64,000 nt of DNA from Candidatus Multivoradales bacterium (GCA_965223855.1 CBDCXM010000009.1:736001-800000), one strand, 5' to 3'; positions 47,135 through 56,544 are shown, counted from the first letter of the stretch. Program-made: numbers and translations. Notes: generated by a model not told the origin, from the letters alone.

Positions 47135-48223
47135 ATGGGCCTTCCGGACGACGAATTCGATGCGCCGCCCGCGGTCGGCACAGGCACCACCGGGCCGGCG
47201 CTCCTCGACTGGTACCGCCGTCGGCGGCGAGACCTGCCGTGGCGCCGGCGCTCGGACCCGTACGCCATCCTCGTCTCCGAGCTGATGCTCCAGCAGACGA
47301 GGGTAGAGACGGTGCTCCGCTACTACGAGCCGTTCCTCGAACGCTTCCCGCAGGTCGAGGATCTCGCCGCGGCCGAAGTCGAAGAGGTGCTGGCCGAGTG
47401 GTCCGGCCTCGGGTACTACCAGCGCGCGCGGCGCCTTCACGCGGCGGCGCGCGAGGTCGTCGAAGAGGGTCGCTGGCCGCACGGCGCCACGGCCTGGCGC
47501 GAACTCCCGGGCGTCGGCGAGTACACCGCCGCCGCGCTGGCGAGCATCGTCGACGGCGAAGCCGTTCTGGTGCTCGACGGCAATGTCGAGCGGGTGCTGG
47601 CGCGCTACCTCGCGCGCCCAGGCGACCTGCGCCGCCGCGCGGCCCGCGAGGCGCTGCGAGCGGTGGCGACCCCATGGCTCGACGAGCGCGTCCCCGGCGA
47701 CTCCAACCAGGCGTTGATGGAGCTCGGAGCGACCGTCTGCCGGCCGCTCCATCCGCTCTGTCACGAATGCCCTCTGGCGGCGGGGTGTCGCGCCCGGCTG
47801 GCGGGCGAGCCGGAGCGCTACCCGACGCCGCGTCGGCGCCGCGCCGTCGAGGAAGTCGAGCGACGGGTCTTCGTCGCCACTTCGAAGCAGGGCGCCGTGT
47901 GGATGGTTCGCCGCGCGAGCGACGACTCGCTCCTCGCCGGCTTCTGGGAGCTGCCGACGGTCGACGGCGTGCCGCCGGTCGCCGCTCGCCGCCGCCTCGA
48001 GGAGCGCCACGGAGGTGCTTGGCAGCCGGCCGGCGAGGCGGGCAGGGTCACCCACGCAATCACCCATCGGCGCTTCCGGGTCACGGTCGAGGTCGGCTCG
48101 TGGCTGCCGGCCGAGGTGGCGGAGACGTCGCGCTACGGCTGGTTCCGGCCGTCGGAGATCGACGCCTTGCCGACCTCGTCGCTGACCCGCAAGGCGCTGT
48201 CGGTCGCGGGCGTCCTGTCCTGA
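47135..48223 (+). CDS. mutY: A/G-specific adenine glycosylase
   Basis: LPWR, VSELMLQQT, WSGLGYY.RAR, LPGVGEYTA, DGNV.RV, 4Fe-4S Cys cluster. Confidence 0.95.
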   Translation: MGLPDDEFDAPPAVGTGTTGPALLDWYRRRRRDLPWRRRSDPYAILVSELMLQQTRVETVLRYYEPFLERFPQVEDLAAAEVEEVLAEWSGLGYYQRARRLHAAAREVVEEGRWPHGATAWRELPGVGEYTAAALASIVDGEAVLVLDGNVERVLARYLARPGDLRRRAAREALRAVATPWLDERVPGDSNQALMELGATVCRPLHPLCHECPLAAGCRARLAGEPERYPTPRRRRAVEEVERRVFVATSKQGAVWMVRRASDDSLLAGFWELPTVDGVPPVAARRRLEERHGGAWQPAGEAGRVTHAITHRRFRVTVEVGSWLPAEVAETSRYGWFRPSEIDALPTSSLTRKALSVAGVLS

Positions 48224-48238
48224 GCGACCGCCGGCGGC

Positions 48239-49234
48239 TCAGACGGTGATGTCGAGAGCCGGAAGATCCTCCGGCTGCGCCAGCATGTGCCAGCCGATGA
48301 TCTTCTGATCGATCGCCCGCAACCTGCTGGCACCGAGCGCGCAGAGGATCGTCAGCAGTCGGGTCGAAGCGACGCTGTCGATGTTGAGCAGCCCCTCCAC
48401 CACCTCGCTGGCGATCGAAAGCACGACCGCGCCGCCGTCGTGAGCCTTGGCCGAGGCGGACCGGGTGTCCTTGTCGATCAGAGCCATCTCGCCGAAGTAC
48501 TCACCCCTCTCGACGAAGGCGAGCGCCTCCTCGCCGGCTCCGGGAACCGACTTCGAGATCATCACTTTGCCCTCGAGGACGACGTACATCTTCTCGCCGT
48601 GGTCCCCTTCGCGGAAGATCACCTCCCCTTCGCCGAAGCGCTCTTCGCGCGACAGCGATGCCAGGAAGTGGATCTCCATCGGCGACAGGCGCTGCTCGAC
48701 GAAGACGGAGCGTCGCGCGGCGAGGTCGAGCCTCTCGGTCGGCTGCGGTACGGCCGGGACATCGAGCGGCGGCCGGCCACCCGGGCGGTCGGCGAAGAAG
48801 TTGTCGAGATGGGCGTTGGCGCGCCTCAGCTTGTGGGACAGGCTGTGCCAGAAGGCCCACAGCAGTGCGAGCTCGAAGGCGGCATCGTTCTCTGCCATCG
48901 CCGCCAGCCGATCGGCGTCGAAGAGCAACAGCTCGCACGACTCACGAGCGACCGCGTCGCCGCTGCGGCCGAGCTGATCGATGTAGTTGGCCTCGCCGAA
49001 GATCTGCCCGGGCCCGAGGACGCTGAGGACGAACGGCGAGTGCGGACCCTCGACGAAGAGCTCGATCGACCCGCTCAGGAGCGCGAACGGCTCGCGGGAC
49101 GGATCGCCCTGACGGAAGACGTAGGCGCCGTCATCGAAGGTCTGCCGCCAGGCGCAGGCCGCCAGCTGATCTCGCAGCGGGTCGGTGAAGTGCGCCAGGG
49201 CCTCGAACGGCTGCAGGCGATCGGCGAGCTCCAT
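48239..49234 (-). CDS. Tandem cyclic-nucleotide-binding domain protein
   Basis: Two cNMP domains (FRQGD..FGEA..RS; FREGD..FGEMAL..RSAS). Confidence 0.88.
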   Translation of the reverse strand: MELADRLQPFEALAHFTDPLRDQLAACAWRQTFDDGAYVFRQGDPSREPFALLSGSIELFVEGPHSPFVLSVLGPGQIFGEANYIDQLGRSGDAVARESCELLLFDADRLAAMAENDAAFELALLWAFWHSLSHKLRRANAHLDNFFADRPGGRPPLDVPAVPQPTERLDLAARRSVFVEQRLSPMEIHFLASLSREERFGEGEVIFREGDHGEKMYVVLEGKVMISKSVPGAGEEALAFVERGEYFGEMALIDKDTRSASAKAHDGGAVVLSIASEVVEGLLNIDSVASTRLLTILCALGASRLRAIDQKIIGWHMLAQPEDLPALDITV

Positions 49235-49311
49235 AACCGTGCAATTGTGAGCGGCCGATCGGCCCGCACCTATGGCCTAGGTCACTGAAACGGTCGGGGT
49301 AAAGGCCCCGC

Positions 49312-50646
49312 TCATGGCACAGGCTCGGTCGTCGACTCCTCGCCGGCGACGAGCGCCGCCTCCTCCAGCAGCGAGAGTGCGATCTCGTACTGCCGGTCGG
49401 TGATCACGAGTGGCGGCGCCAGCTCCGCCACCCTCCCCTCGGGCCCGCCGACCAGCAACAGGACTCCGCGCCGGCGCGCCTCGCGGGCGAAGCGTCGGCC
49501 GGAGGCCGCCGAGGAGAGCTCCACGCCCCACAACGCTCCCCGCCCGCGTACCGCCGTGACCGCCGCGAAGCGATCGGGCCAGGTCGAAAGCCGGGGTTCG
49601 AGGCGGGTCGCCAGCTCGGCGGCGCGCTCGACGAGCCTTTCACCGTCGAGCACCTCGAGACTCGCCAGGGCCGCGGCGCAGGCGAGCGGATGGGCGACGA
49701 AGGTGCCGGTGTGGCGCGCCTCCCCCGGCTCGTTCCACGCCGCCATCACCTCCGGGCGGCCGGCGACGGCGGCGATCGGCAGGCCGCCACCCAGAGCCTT
49801 GCCGCAACAGACGAGGTCGGGCTCGACCCCTTCGTGCTCGGTCGCGAACCAGCGCCCGGTGCGGCCGCAACCGGTGAGGATCTCGTCGGCTATCAGCAAG
49901 GCTCCGTGGCGGCGGCACGACTCGCCGAGCTCGGCCAGCCACCCGGCCGGCGGCACCAGAACCCCCTCGCGGCCGACGATCGGCTCGACGATCGCCGCGG
50001 CGACGTCGTCGGAACCGAGCGCCTTCTCGAGTTCGGCGCCGTCGGCTCCGAACGGCACGCGCACGAGATGCGAATGAAGATGCGAGTCGGCGACCCGGCG
50101 GAACGCGGGCCGTGACGTCGCGGCGAGCGCCCCCAACGTCATGCCGTGGTAGGAGGGCTCGAAGACCAGCAGCCTGCCGCGCCCGGTGGCGAGCAGCGCG
50201 GTCTTGATGGCGAGTTCCACTGCATCGGCTCCCGAGACGGCGAAGGCGATGCGCGGCTCGGCGAACGGCAGGCGCGCGGCGAGCCGCGCGGCGAGCCGGG
50301 CTCTGAGGTCGTGCCCCTGGGCGTCGCCGAGACCGTGGACGAGCCTCGAGCTTTGCGAGGTCAGCGCCGCGACGACGCGAGGGTGGCGATGGCCGATCGC
50401 GGCGACGCCGAAGCCCGACAACAGGTCGACGTAGCGGTTGCCCTCGACATCGAGCACGTTGGCGCCGAGCGCCTCGGCCCACACCAGCGGCGCATCGTCG
50501 AAGAACGGCGAGAGCCCTGCGACCTCGTGGCGCCGCGCCATGTCGAGGAGCGGCTGCGTCGCTGCCCCGGGACCGTCGTCGAGCGACGAGACCATCTGCG
50601 GCGGCAGGTCGCCGCGCTCGAGCTGCGACGGTGCCGGGCGCGACAC
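49312..50646 (-). CDS. Class III PLP aminotransferase
   Basis: DVEGNRYVD, SGADAVE, YHG, EPI.G..G, DEILTG.GRTG, GKALGGG. Confidence 0.9.
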   Translation of the reverse strand: MSRPAPSQLERGDLPPQMVSSLDDGPGAATQPLLDMARRHEVAGLSPFFDDAPLVWAEALGANVLDVEGNRYVDLLSGFGVAAIGHRHPRVVAALTSQSSRLVHGLGDAQGHDLRARLAARLAARLPFAEPRIAFAVSGADAVELAIKTALLATGRGRLLVFEPSYHGMTLGALAATSRPAFRRVADSHLHSHLVRVPFGADGAELEKALGSDDVAAAIVEPIVGREGVLVPPAGWLAELGESCRRHGALLIADEILTGCGRTGRWFATEHEGVEPDLVCCGKALGGGLPIAAVAGRPEVMAAWNEPGEARHTGTFVAHPLACAAALASLEVLDGERLVERAAELATRLEPRLSTWPDRFAAVTAVRGRGALWGVELSSAASGRRFAREARRRGVLLLVGGPEGRVAELAPPLVITDRQYEIALSLLEEAALVAGEESTTEPVP

Positions 50647-50650
50647 CGGA

Positions 50651-51244
50651 TCAGAGTTCCTGGCGACCGGCGAGCGAGCGCGCCAGCGTCACCTCGTCGG
50701 TGTACTCGATGTCGCCGCCGACCGGCATGCCGAAGGCGAGACGGGTGACGGCGATGCCGCGCGGCTTGATCAGCCGCGCGAGATAGAGGGCGGTCGCCTC
50801 GCCGTCGACGTTGGGGTTGGTCGCCAGCACCACCTCGCGTACGCCTTCGAGACGCTCGAGCAGGGGGTCGATTTCGAGATCGGACGGACCGACGCCGCGC
50901 TGCGGTGACAGCGCCCCCATCAGTACGTGGTAGAGGCCGTCGAATTCACCGGTGCGCTCCAGCGGCTCGATGTTGAACGGCTCCTCGACCACGCACAGAC
51001 GGCCGCCGTCGCGCGTCGGATCGCTGCAGTACTTGCACGGATCGGTGTCGGTGATGGCGCCGCAGGTCGAGCAGTGGAAGAGCTTCTCGCGCACCGCGAG
51101 GATGGCGTCGGCGAGCGCCTTCGACTCCTCCTGCGGCGTCTTCAGCAGATGGTGCGCCAGCCGCGCCGCGGTCTTCGAGCCGATCCCGGGCAGGCGGGAA
51201 AGCTCGCCGACCAGGCGGCGCATCGGTTCAGGGGTCGAGCTCAC
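50651..51244 (-). CDS. recR: Recombination mediator RecR
   Basis: LPGIG.KTA.RL, C4 zinc finger, ATNPNVDGEATA. Confidence 0.97.
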   Translation of the reverse strand: MSSTPEPMRRLVGELSRLPGIGSKTAARLAHHLLKTPQEESKALADAILAVREKLFHCSTCGAITDTDPCKYCSDPTRDGGRLCVVEEPFNIEPLERTGEFDGLYHVLMGALSPQRGVGPSDLEIDPLLERLEGVREVVLATNPNVDGEATALYLARLIKPRGIAVTRLAFGMPVGGDIEYTDEVTLARSLAGRQEL

Positions 51245-51250
51245 CGGGGA

Positions 51251-51556
51251 TCAGAAGCCCGGAGGCAGTCCGCCGCCGAGGGCGCCGGCGAGGTTGCCCA
51301 TCTTCGACTGCATCTCGCTGTCGACCTGACGCGTCGCCTCGTTGACCGCCGCCAGCACCAGGTCCTCGAGCATGCTGGTGTCGTCGCTGTCGACCGCCTC
51401 GGGGTCGATCTTCACCGACTGCAGCACCTTGTGGCCGTCCATGGTGACCTCCACCATGCCGCCGCCGACGCTCGCCGAAACCTCGAGCTCGGCGAGCTCG
51501 CGCTCCATCTTCTGCTGCATCTGCTGCGCCTGCTGCATGATCTTCTTCATGTTCAT
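51251..51556 (-). CDS. ybaB: YbaB/EbfC nucleoid-associated protein
   Basis: QAQQMQ, GGGMV, LEDLVLAAVN. Confidence 0.95.
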   Translation of the reverse strand: MNMKKIMQQAQQMQQKMERELAELEVSASVGGGMVEVTMDGHKVLQSVKIDPEAVDSDDTSMLEDLVLAAVNEATRQVDSEMQSKMGNLAGALGGGLPPGF

Positions 51557-51571
51557 GGCATGAGCTCTCTG

Positions 51572-53467
51572 TCAGTTGGTCTCTTCGATCGGTTCGGCCG
51601 TGCCGCCGAAAACATCGAGCGCGGCCTGGACGGTGGGGTGGTCGAGGGAGTCGGCGGCGGTGGGCGCCTGCGACTCGCTGTCGGTGGTCGGGGACTCGCT
51701 CTCTGAAGACGGGGCCCGACTGTCGGAAGACGGTGGCCGGCTTGCGGTCTCGCCGTTGGCGGCCGGAGCGGTCTCGATCCGCCACGTCGCATCGTCGCCG
51801 AACGCCTCGTGCAGACACGCCTCGAACGCCTTGCGGTTGGCGTCGCGCCGAAGCGCGGTGGCGAGCCAGCCGTCGCCCTCGCCGGTGGTCAGCACCAGCG
51901 CCCGGTCGACGAAGTCGATCTTCTCGACCTCGTCGAGATGAGCGGCGATCACCTGTCGGCGGGTGCGGATCAGCTCGACGAAGCGTCCGAGATCGCCGGT
52001 CGCGTTGGCGGTGGCTCCGGTCGTCGCCGGTTCGGGCTGCGACGAAACGTCGGCGTGCCGCTCGCTCTCGAGCACCTCGGACTCAGACGCCGCGGGCTCG
52101 GGCACCACAGGTTCAGGCGCCTCAGGTTCAGGTGGCGCGCTCAGGGGCGGCTCGGCCACCGTCGGTCGGTCGTCGGCCGACCGTGCGGGCGCGCTGACGG
52201 CGGCAGGACGCTCGTCCTTCGCGGGCACGGCATCCGCTCCCGATGCCGCTCCAAGTGCCGCTGCCGCCTCGCGGCCGCCGCCGGGCGAGCTCTTCCCGCC
52301 GGCTTGTCCCTCCCCTTGCGGCGCGGCGGGCCCGACTCCACCGGACGACTCTCCCCCGAGCAGCGCTTCGAGGCTCGTCAGCCGCGGGAGCTCGGCGGCC
52401 CGCAGCCAGGCGATCTCGACCGCGAGCGCTGCCGACTCACTGCGCCGCACCGCCTCCTCGCCGGCGAGCAGCAGGTGCAGCAACCGCAGCACGGTCTCGT
52501 AGCCGGTGGACGTGCCGAGGGCGCGCGCCGCCTCGGCCTCTTCGTTCGGCAGCTCGACGGTCGCCGGATCGCCTCCGAGCGCGAGGTGGAGGACGTCGCG
52601 ACAGTAGCCGAGGAAGTCGCCGTAGACGTGTCGCGGGTCGCGCCCGCGTCCCTCGACGTCGGCGACGATCTCGACGACGCCGCTGCGGTCGCCGCGCACG
52701 ATGGCGTCGAGCAGGGTGTGGTGAAGCGAGGTGTCGGCGCCGCCGAGCACCCGGATCGCGTCCTCGTCGCGGATCGCTCCCGAGCCGTAGGTCGCGAGCT
52801 GATCGAGGAGCGCCACCGAGTCGCGCACGCTGCCTTCGCCGGCGCGGGCGATCATCATCAGCGCCTTGTCGCCGACCTCGATCTCCTCGGCGTCGGCGAG
52901 TCGCCGCAGGTGGGCGACGAGCTGCGGATGCGGGACGCGCCGGAAGTTGAACTCCTGGCAACGCGACAGGATCGTCGCCGGCACCGCCTCGAGTTCGGTG
53001 GTGGCGAAGATGAAGACCAGGTGCGGCGGCGGCTCTTCGACGATCTTGAGCAGCGCGTCGAAAGCGTTGCGCGACAAGCGATGGACCTCGTCGAGCACCA
53101 CCACCTTGTAGCGCCCCGACACCGGCTTGTACTTGAGGTTCTCGGTCAGCTCGCGCACCTGCTCGACCTTCGAGTGGGTCGCGGCGTCGATCTCGAGGAT
53201 GTCGAGGTTGGCGCCGGAGCCGAACTCGCGGCAGGTCTCGCACTCGTTGCACGGCCCGTCGGCCATGCCGCGCTCGCAGTTGAGCGCCTTGGCGAGGATC
53301 CGCGCGACGCTCGTCTTGCCGACCCCGCGGATGCCGGAGAAGAGATACGCCGAGGCGATCCGTCCTTCGGCGAGCGCGTTGCGCAGCGCCGTCACCACCG
53401 GCTCCTGGCCGACCACCGCCTCGAAGTCGTGCGGCCGCCACTTGCGGGCTAGGACTTGGTAGGCCAT
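51572..53467 (-). CDS. dnaX: DNA polymerase III gamma/tau
   Basis: LARKWRP, GIRGVGKTS, DEVH, TILSRC, GSVRD. Confidence 0.97.
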   Translation of the reverse strand: MAYQVLARKWRPHDFEAVVGQEPVVTALRNALAEGRIASAYLFSGIRGVGKTSVARILAKALNCERGMADGPCNECETCREFGSGANLDILEIDAATHSKVEQVRELTENLKYKPVSGRYKVVVLDEVHRLSRNAFDALLKIVEEPPPHLVFIFATTELEAVPATILSRCQEFNFRRVPHPQLVAHLRRLADAEEIEVGDKALMMIARAGEGSVRDSVALLDQLATYGSGAIRDEDAIRVLGGADTSLHHTLLDAIVRGDRSGVVEIVADVEGRGRDPRHVYGDFLGYCRDVLHLALGGDPATVELPNEEAEAARALGTSTGYETVLRLLHLLLAGEEAVRRSESAALAVEIAWLRAAELPRLTSLEALLGGESSGGVGPAAPQGEGQAGGKSSPGGGREAAAALGAASGADAVPAKDERPAAVSAPARSADDRPTVAEPPLSAPPEPEAPEPVVPEPAASESEVLESERHADVSSQPEPATTGATANATGDLGRFVELIRTRRQVIAAHLDEVEKIDFVDRALVLTTGEGDGWLATALRRDANRKAFEACLHEAFGDDATWRIETAPAANGETASRPPSSDSRAPSSESESPTTDSESQAPTAADSLDHPTVQAALDVFGGTAEPIEETN

Positions 53468-53498
53468 CGAGCGGGAGGGGAGGCGAGCGGCCCCAGCT

Positions 53499-53616
53499 GC
53501 CGACGAAGGGCTCCGACGATCTGCGGCACTCGGCCGGAGCGCCTTATCGCTGCTCCCTTCCGGGCCTGACGAGGTTCAGCGACCGCCGATGCACAGGGCC
53601 CGAGCCCTTCGTCGGC
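53499..53616 (-). ncRNA. ffs: SRP RNA (4.5S)
   Basis: Core GTCAGGCCCGGAAGGGAGCAGC; closed by a 15-bp inverted repeat; upstream of dnaX. Confidence 0.93.
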
Positions 53617-53630
53617 TCCTGGGGAGGTAG

Positions 53631-53659
53631 ATGGTACGTCGGTGGGGGGTGGGGTGCAA
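53631..53659 (-). promoter_or_regulatory. Sigma-70 promoter for ffs
   Basis: TTGCAC-N17-TACCAT. Confidence 0.65.
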
Positions 53660-53701
53660 TGGGGAGGGGAGGCCCGGTGAGTCTCAGGCCCCCATTGCGA
53701 C

Positions 53702-53872
53702 GCGAGAAGGCGGGGATTCGGTCCTGCGTTCGCAGGACCGCTGCGAGCTGTGTTTCTGCGCGCGCCTCCGGCGGCCTTCGGCCGGCAGGGCCAGCTTCGC
53801 TGCCCCTGGGCGCCCGGTGTCTTCATTCTCGCCGGGCTCATCGCCCGGCGAAGCCAGGGTTCGAACCCCTGG
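53702..53872. repeat. tRNA-linked structured element, long form (host tRNA-Ser CGA)
   Basis: Degenerate tRNA 3' copy, GCGTTCGC hairpin, GCGAGCTGTGTTTCTG, insert, inverted T-arm CCAGGGTTCGAACCCCTGG. Confidence 0.8.
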
Positions 53873-53913
53873 TGTGCTGCTCATGAGCTGAGCTAGCGGG
53901 ATCAGGTTGGAAA

Positions 53914-54011
53914 TGGCGGAGAGGCAGGGATTCGGTCCTGCGTTCGCAGGACCGCTGCGAACTGTGTTTCTGGCACGCCTTCGGCGTGCAAACCAGGGTT
54001 CGAGTCCCTGG
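53914..54011. repeat. tRNA-linked structured element, short form (host tRNA-Ser CGA)
   Basis: 53914-53934 identical to 54053-54073; same core; inverted T-arm at 53993-54011. Confidence 0.85.
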
Positions 54012-54052
54012 TGAGCCACCGACAAGCCGAGTCGGTGGCGTCAGAAAGAAAT

Positions 54053-54142
54053 TGGCGGAGAGGCAGGGATTCGAACCCTGGGACCGCTTGCACGGTCAAC
54101 GGTTTTCGAGACCGCCCCGTTCGACCACTCCGGCACCTCTCC
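54053..54142 (-). tRNA. tRNA-Ser (CGA)
   Basis: GGAGAGG acceptor stem, anticodon loop CT-CGA-AA, long variable arm, TTCGAAT, encoded CCA. Confidence 0.96.
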
Positions 54143-54211
54143 TGCTGGTCGAAAGTCGCGGCTGGGCCGCGAGGAGGGGGATTGTATACGGAGGCGAACG
54201 CGAGGGCACGC

Positions 54212-54706
54212 TCAGTCCGGTTCGCTCTGCTCGGACCTCATTGGGCGCTCCGAGTGAAGCAGGTACGGACCACCCTCTGCACACACGATCGTGTTGATCT
54301 CTCCGTCTTCTTCTCCGAGCAGGGGTTGAAAGGCCGGGCCGGAATAATTGCCTCTTCCTGGCTCAGCCGTTCGTATCGAGAGAAAGAAGTCCAGCGGGAG
54401 GTCGACCAGCTCGACGATTCTCAACTCGCCGAGCTCGTAGGGCCATCCCATGAGGGTCGTGCACTCGGTGTCGTCGCCCGAGTTCCAGATGCCGAGCATA
54501 GGGCTCTGGCCCGTCCAGCACCAGAACACGGCGCTCACTCTGGAAGCGTCTTCGTGCCAGATGAGGTTGTCGACTCGATCGCATTGTCGGAGGGCGTCCA
54601 GGAGGCTGTGGGTAGCGCCTTCACCGGCCGCCGGGCTCTGGCGCGTGGAAGCCGATGCGCAAAGCGGGAGCGATAGCGAGAGAAGGAGTGCCAGGGCGGT
54701 CTTCAT
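54212..54706 (-). CDS. Hypothetical secreted protein
   Basis: Signal peptide MKTALALLLSLSLPLCASA; atypical codon usage. Confidence 0.5.
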   Translation of the reverse strand: MKTALALLLSLSLPLCASASTRQSPAAGEGATHSLLDALRQCDRVDNLIWHEDASRVSAVFWCWTGQSPMLGIWNSGDDTECTTLMGWPYELGELRIVELVDLPLDFFLSIRTAEPGRGNYSGPAFQPLLGEEDGEINTIVCAEGGPYLLHSERPMRSEQSEPD

Positions 54707-54862
54707 CTGGATTGAGGGCCAAGCGCGTTGTCTTCGCGCCGGAGTTTTTCTCGCTGGATTCATGGCCCGATGGGGGGGTCGACTCCCTCCTTCGGGTACC
54801 GTCGCTCATCCTGGGTGCCAGGGTTGCCGCTTTGCCGGTCGTCACCGGAGGACCAGTGCTTC

Positions 54863-55027
54863 GGCGAAGAGGGAGGGATCCGTTTGGCGTTCGCCAAACG
54901 GAAGGCGAACTGTATTTCTGGCGCGCCTTCGGCGGCCTTCGGCCGACTGTCCAGCAAAGCTGACCAGAGTGCCGGTGCTTTCATTCGCCGGGCTCACCGC
55001 CCGGCGAAGGAGGGTTCGAATCCCTCC
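54863..55027. repeat. tRNA-linked structured element, long form (host tRNA-Ser GGA)
   Basis: tRNA 3' copy 18/20, shared core and insert, inverted T-arm GGAGGGTTCGAATCCCTCC. Confidence 0.82.
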
Positions 55028-55100
55028 CTTCGGGCATCGTCGCTCATCTTGAGCGCTGGTGTTGCCGCTCAGCTGGTCTTCACCGGAGGACCAGGACGTA

Positions 55101-55197
55101 CGGAGAGGGAGGGATCCGTTTGGGCGTTCGCCCAAACGGAAGGCGAACTGTCTTTCTGGCGCACCTCCGGTGCGCAACCGAGGGTTCGAATCCCTCC
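55101..55197. repeat. tRNA-linked structured element, short form (host tRNA-Ser GGA)
   Basis: tRNA 3' copy; 55177-55197 is a 21/21 inverted copy of the host T-arm region. Confidence 0.85.
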
Positions 55198-55258
55198 GGG
55201 CGCGCTGCAGGCCATCCAAGGAACTTGGCGCTGCAGCCGTGGCAGGGTCAAGAACTCT

Positions 55259-55348
<90 letters not shown>

Positions 55349-55366
55349 GGGGATCTGGCAAGGAGC

Positions 55367-55834
55367 TCAGCCCGTGTCGGGCTGACGACCTCTGAGGTCG
55401 CAGAAGAAGGAGCGTAGCAAGTCGCCGCACTCTTCGGCCAGTACCCCGGCGGTCACTTCGAGGCGGTGGTTGAGGCGCGGGTCGCGCACCAGATCGCCGA
55501 GGCTGCCGCAAAAGCCCGCCTTGGGGTCGGCGGCGCCGTAGACGAGTCTCGCCACTCGCGCGTTGACGAGCGCGCCGGCGCACATGGCGCACGGCTCGAG
55601 GGTGACGTAGAGGGTGGTGTCGAGGAGCCGCCACCCCTCGGTCGCGGCGGCCGCCTGCTCGAGCGCCAGCAGCTCGGCGTGGCCGAGCGGGTCGCCGGCG
55701 GTCTCGCGCCGGTTGTGGGCCTCGCCGATGACGATGCCGTCGCGCACGACGACGGCTCCGATCGGCACCTCACCGATTGCCGCGGCGCGGCGCGCAAGGC
55801 CGAGACAACGCCGCATTGCGGCAATATCGTCCAT
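55367..55834 (-). CDS. tadA: tRNA adenosine(34) deaminase
   Basis: EVPIGAVVV, HAE, TLEPC.MC, DPKAG, LNH. Confidence 0.95.
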   Translation of the reverse strand: MDDIAAMRRCLGLARRAAAIGEVPIGAVVVRDGIVIGEAHNRRETAGDPLGHAELLALEQAAAATEGWRLLDTTLYVTLEPCAMCAGALVNARVARLVYGAADPKAGFCGSLGDLVRDPRLNHRLEVTAGVLAEECGDLLRSFFCDLRGRQPDTG

Positions 55835-55887
55835 TCCGGGAGCTTGTCACGGCGGGCCGACCGCGGGCGGATCGGCCCGCTTGCAAC

Positions 55888-55917
55888 TTGACCCAACTGC
55901 GATCGGCACGGTACTTT
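55888..55917 (+). promoter_or_regulatory. Candidate sigma-70 promoter of the rpmH operon
   Basis: TTGACC-N18-TACTTT. Confidence 0.5.
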
Positions 55918-56002
55918 TCGGCGTTCGCGCGTCCGGCTCCGGGCGCGCTCCCCAACACAGCGTTTCCGTTAGCAGAAGCTGACTTTCAGATAGGACAGTG
56001 TC

Positions 56003-56137
56003 GTGAAGCGTACGTTTCAGCCCAACAACCGCCGTCGTAAGAAGAAGCACGGTTTCCGGGCCCGGATGCGCACCCGCGCGGGCCAGGCGATCCTCAAGCG
56101 GCGGCGCCGGAAAGGTCGCAAGAGCCTCTCGGCCTGA
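56003..56137 (+). CDS. rpmH: 50S ribosomal protein L34 (absent from the ORF track)
   Basis: GTG start; [44 protein letters not shown]. Confidence 0.97.
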   Translation: MKRTFQPNNRRRKKKHGFRARMRTRAGQAILKRRRRKGRKSLSA

Positions 56138-56142
56138 CGGCG

Positions 56143-56544
56143 ATGAGCGGCCGACCGGCCGACCGGCGGCCCGACGAGTCGTTCCCGCGCCGGGAGAGGC
56201 TCAGAAAGCGCAGTGAGTTCCTGCGTTGCTACCGCGAGGGGCGTCGCCGCCACGGCGACCTCCTGATTCTCTACGCGGTCGCCAACGAGTGCGGTCATCC
56301 GCGGCTCGGCATCACGGTGAGTCGCAAGGTCGGGAACTCGGTCGTTCGCCATCGCGTCAAGCGCCGGGTCCGCGAGATCTACCGCCGATGGAACGAGCGC
56401 GCGCGACTGCCAGCGATGGACTTCATGGTGCACGCCAGACCGACGATCGCGACAGCGACGTTCCAGGCGCTCGAGAAAGAGATCGAGCGGCTGCTCGCGA
56501 CCTGGCTGCCGCGGGAGAACGCGGCTTCGTCGTCCGTGCGCTGA
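56143..56544 (+). CDS. rnpA: RNase P protein component
   Basis: RL...EF, RLGITVSRKVGNSVVRHRVKRR.RE. Confidence 0.95.
   Translation: MSGRPADRRPDESFPRRERLRKRSEFLRCYREGRRRHGDLLILYAVANECGHPRLGITVSRKVGNSVVRHRVKRRVREIYRRWNERARLPAMDFMVHARPTIATATFQALEKEIERLLATWLPRENAASSSVR

Noticed and set aside
51572-53467. dnaX programmed -1 frameshift
   Set aside because: No A-AAA-AAG or poly-A slippery site seen
53914-53934. attR of an integrated prophage or island
   Set aside because: Only about 120 bp lie between it and the tRNA, and no integrase is present; it is part of the repeat element
53702-55197. CRISPR array or extra tRNA genes
   Set aside because: Units are long, unequal and structured, with no cas genes; they lack D and anticodon arms and a complete acceptor stem
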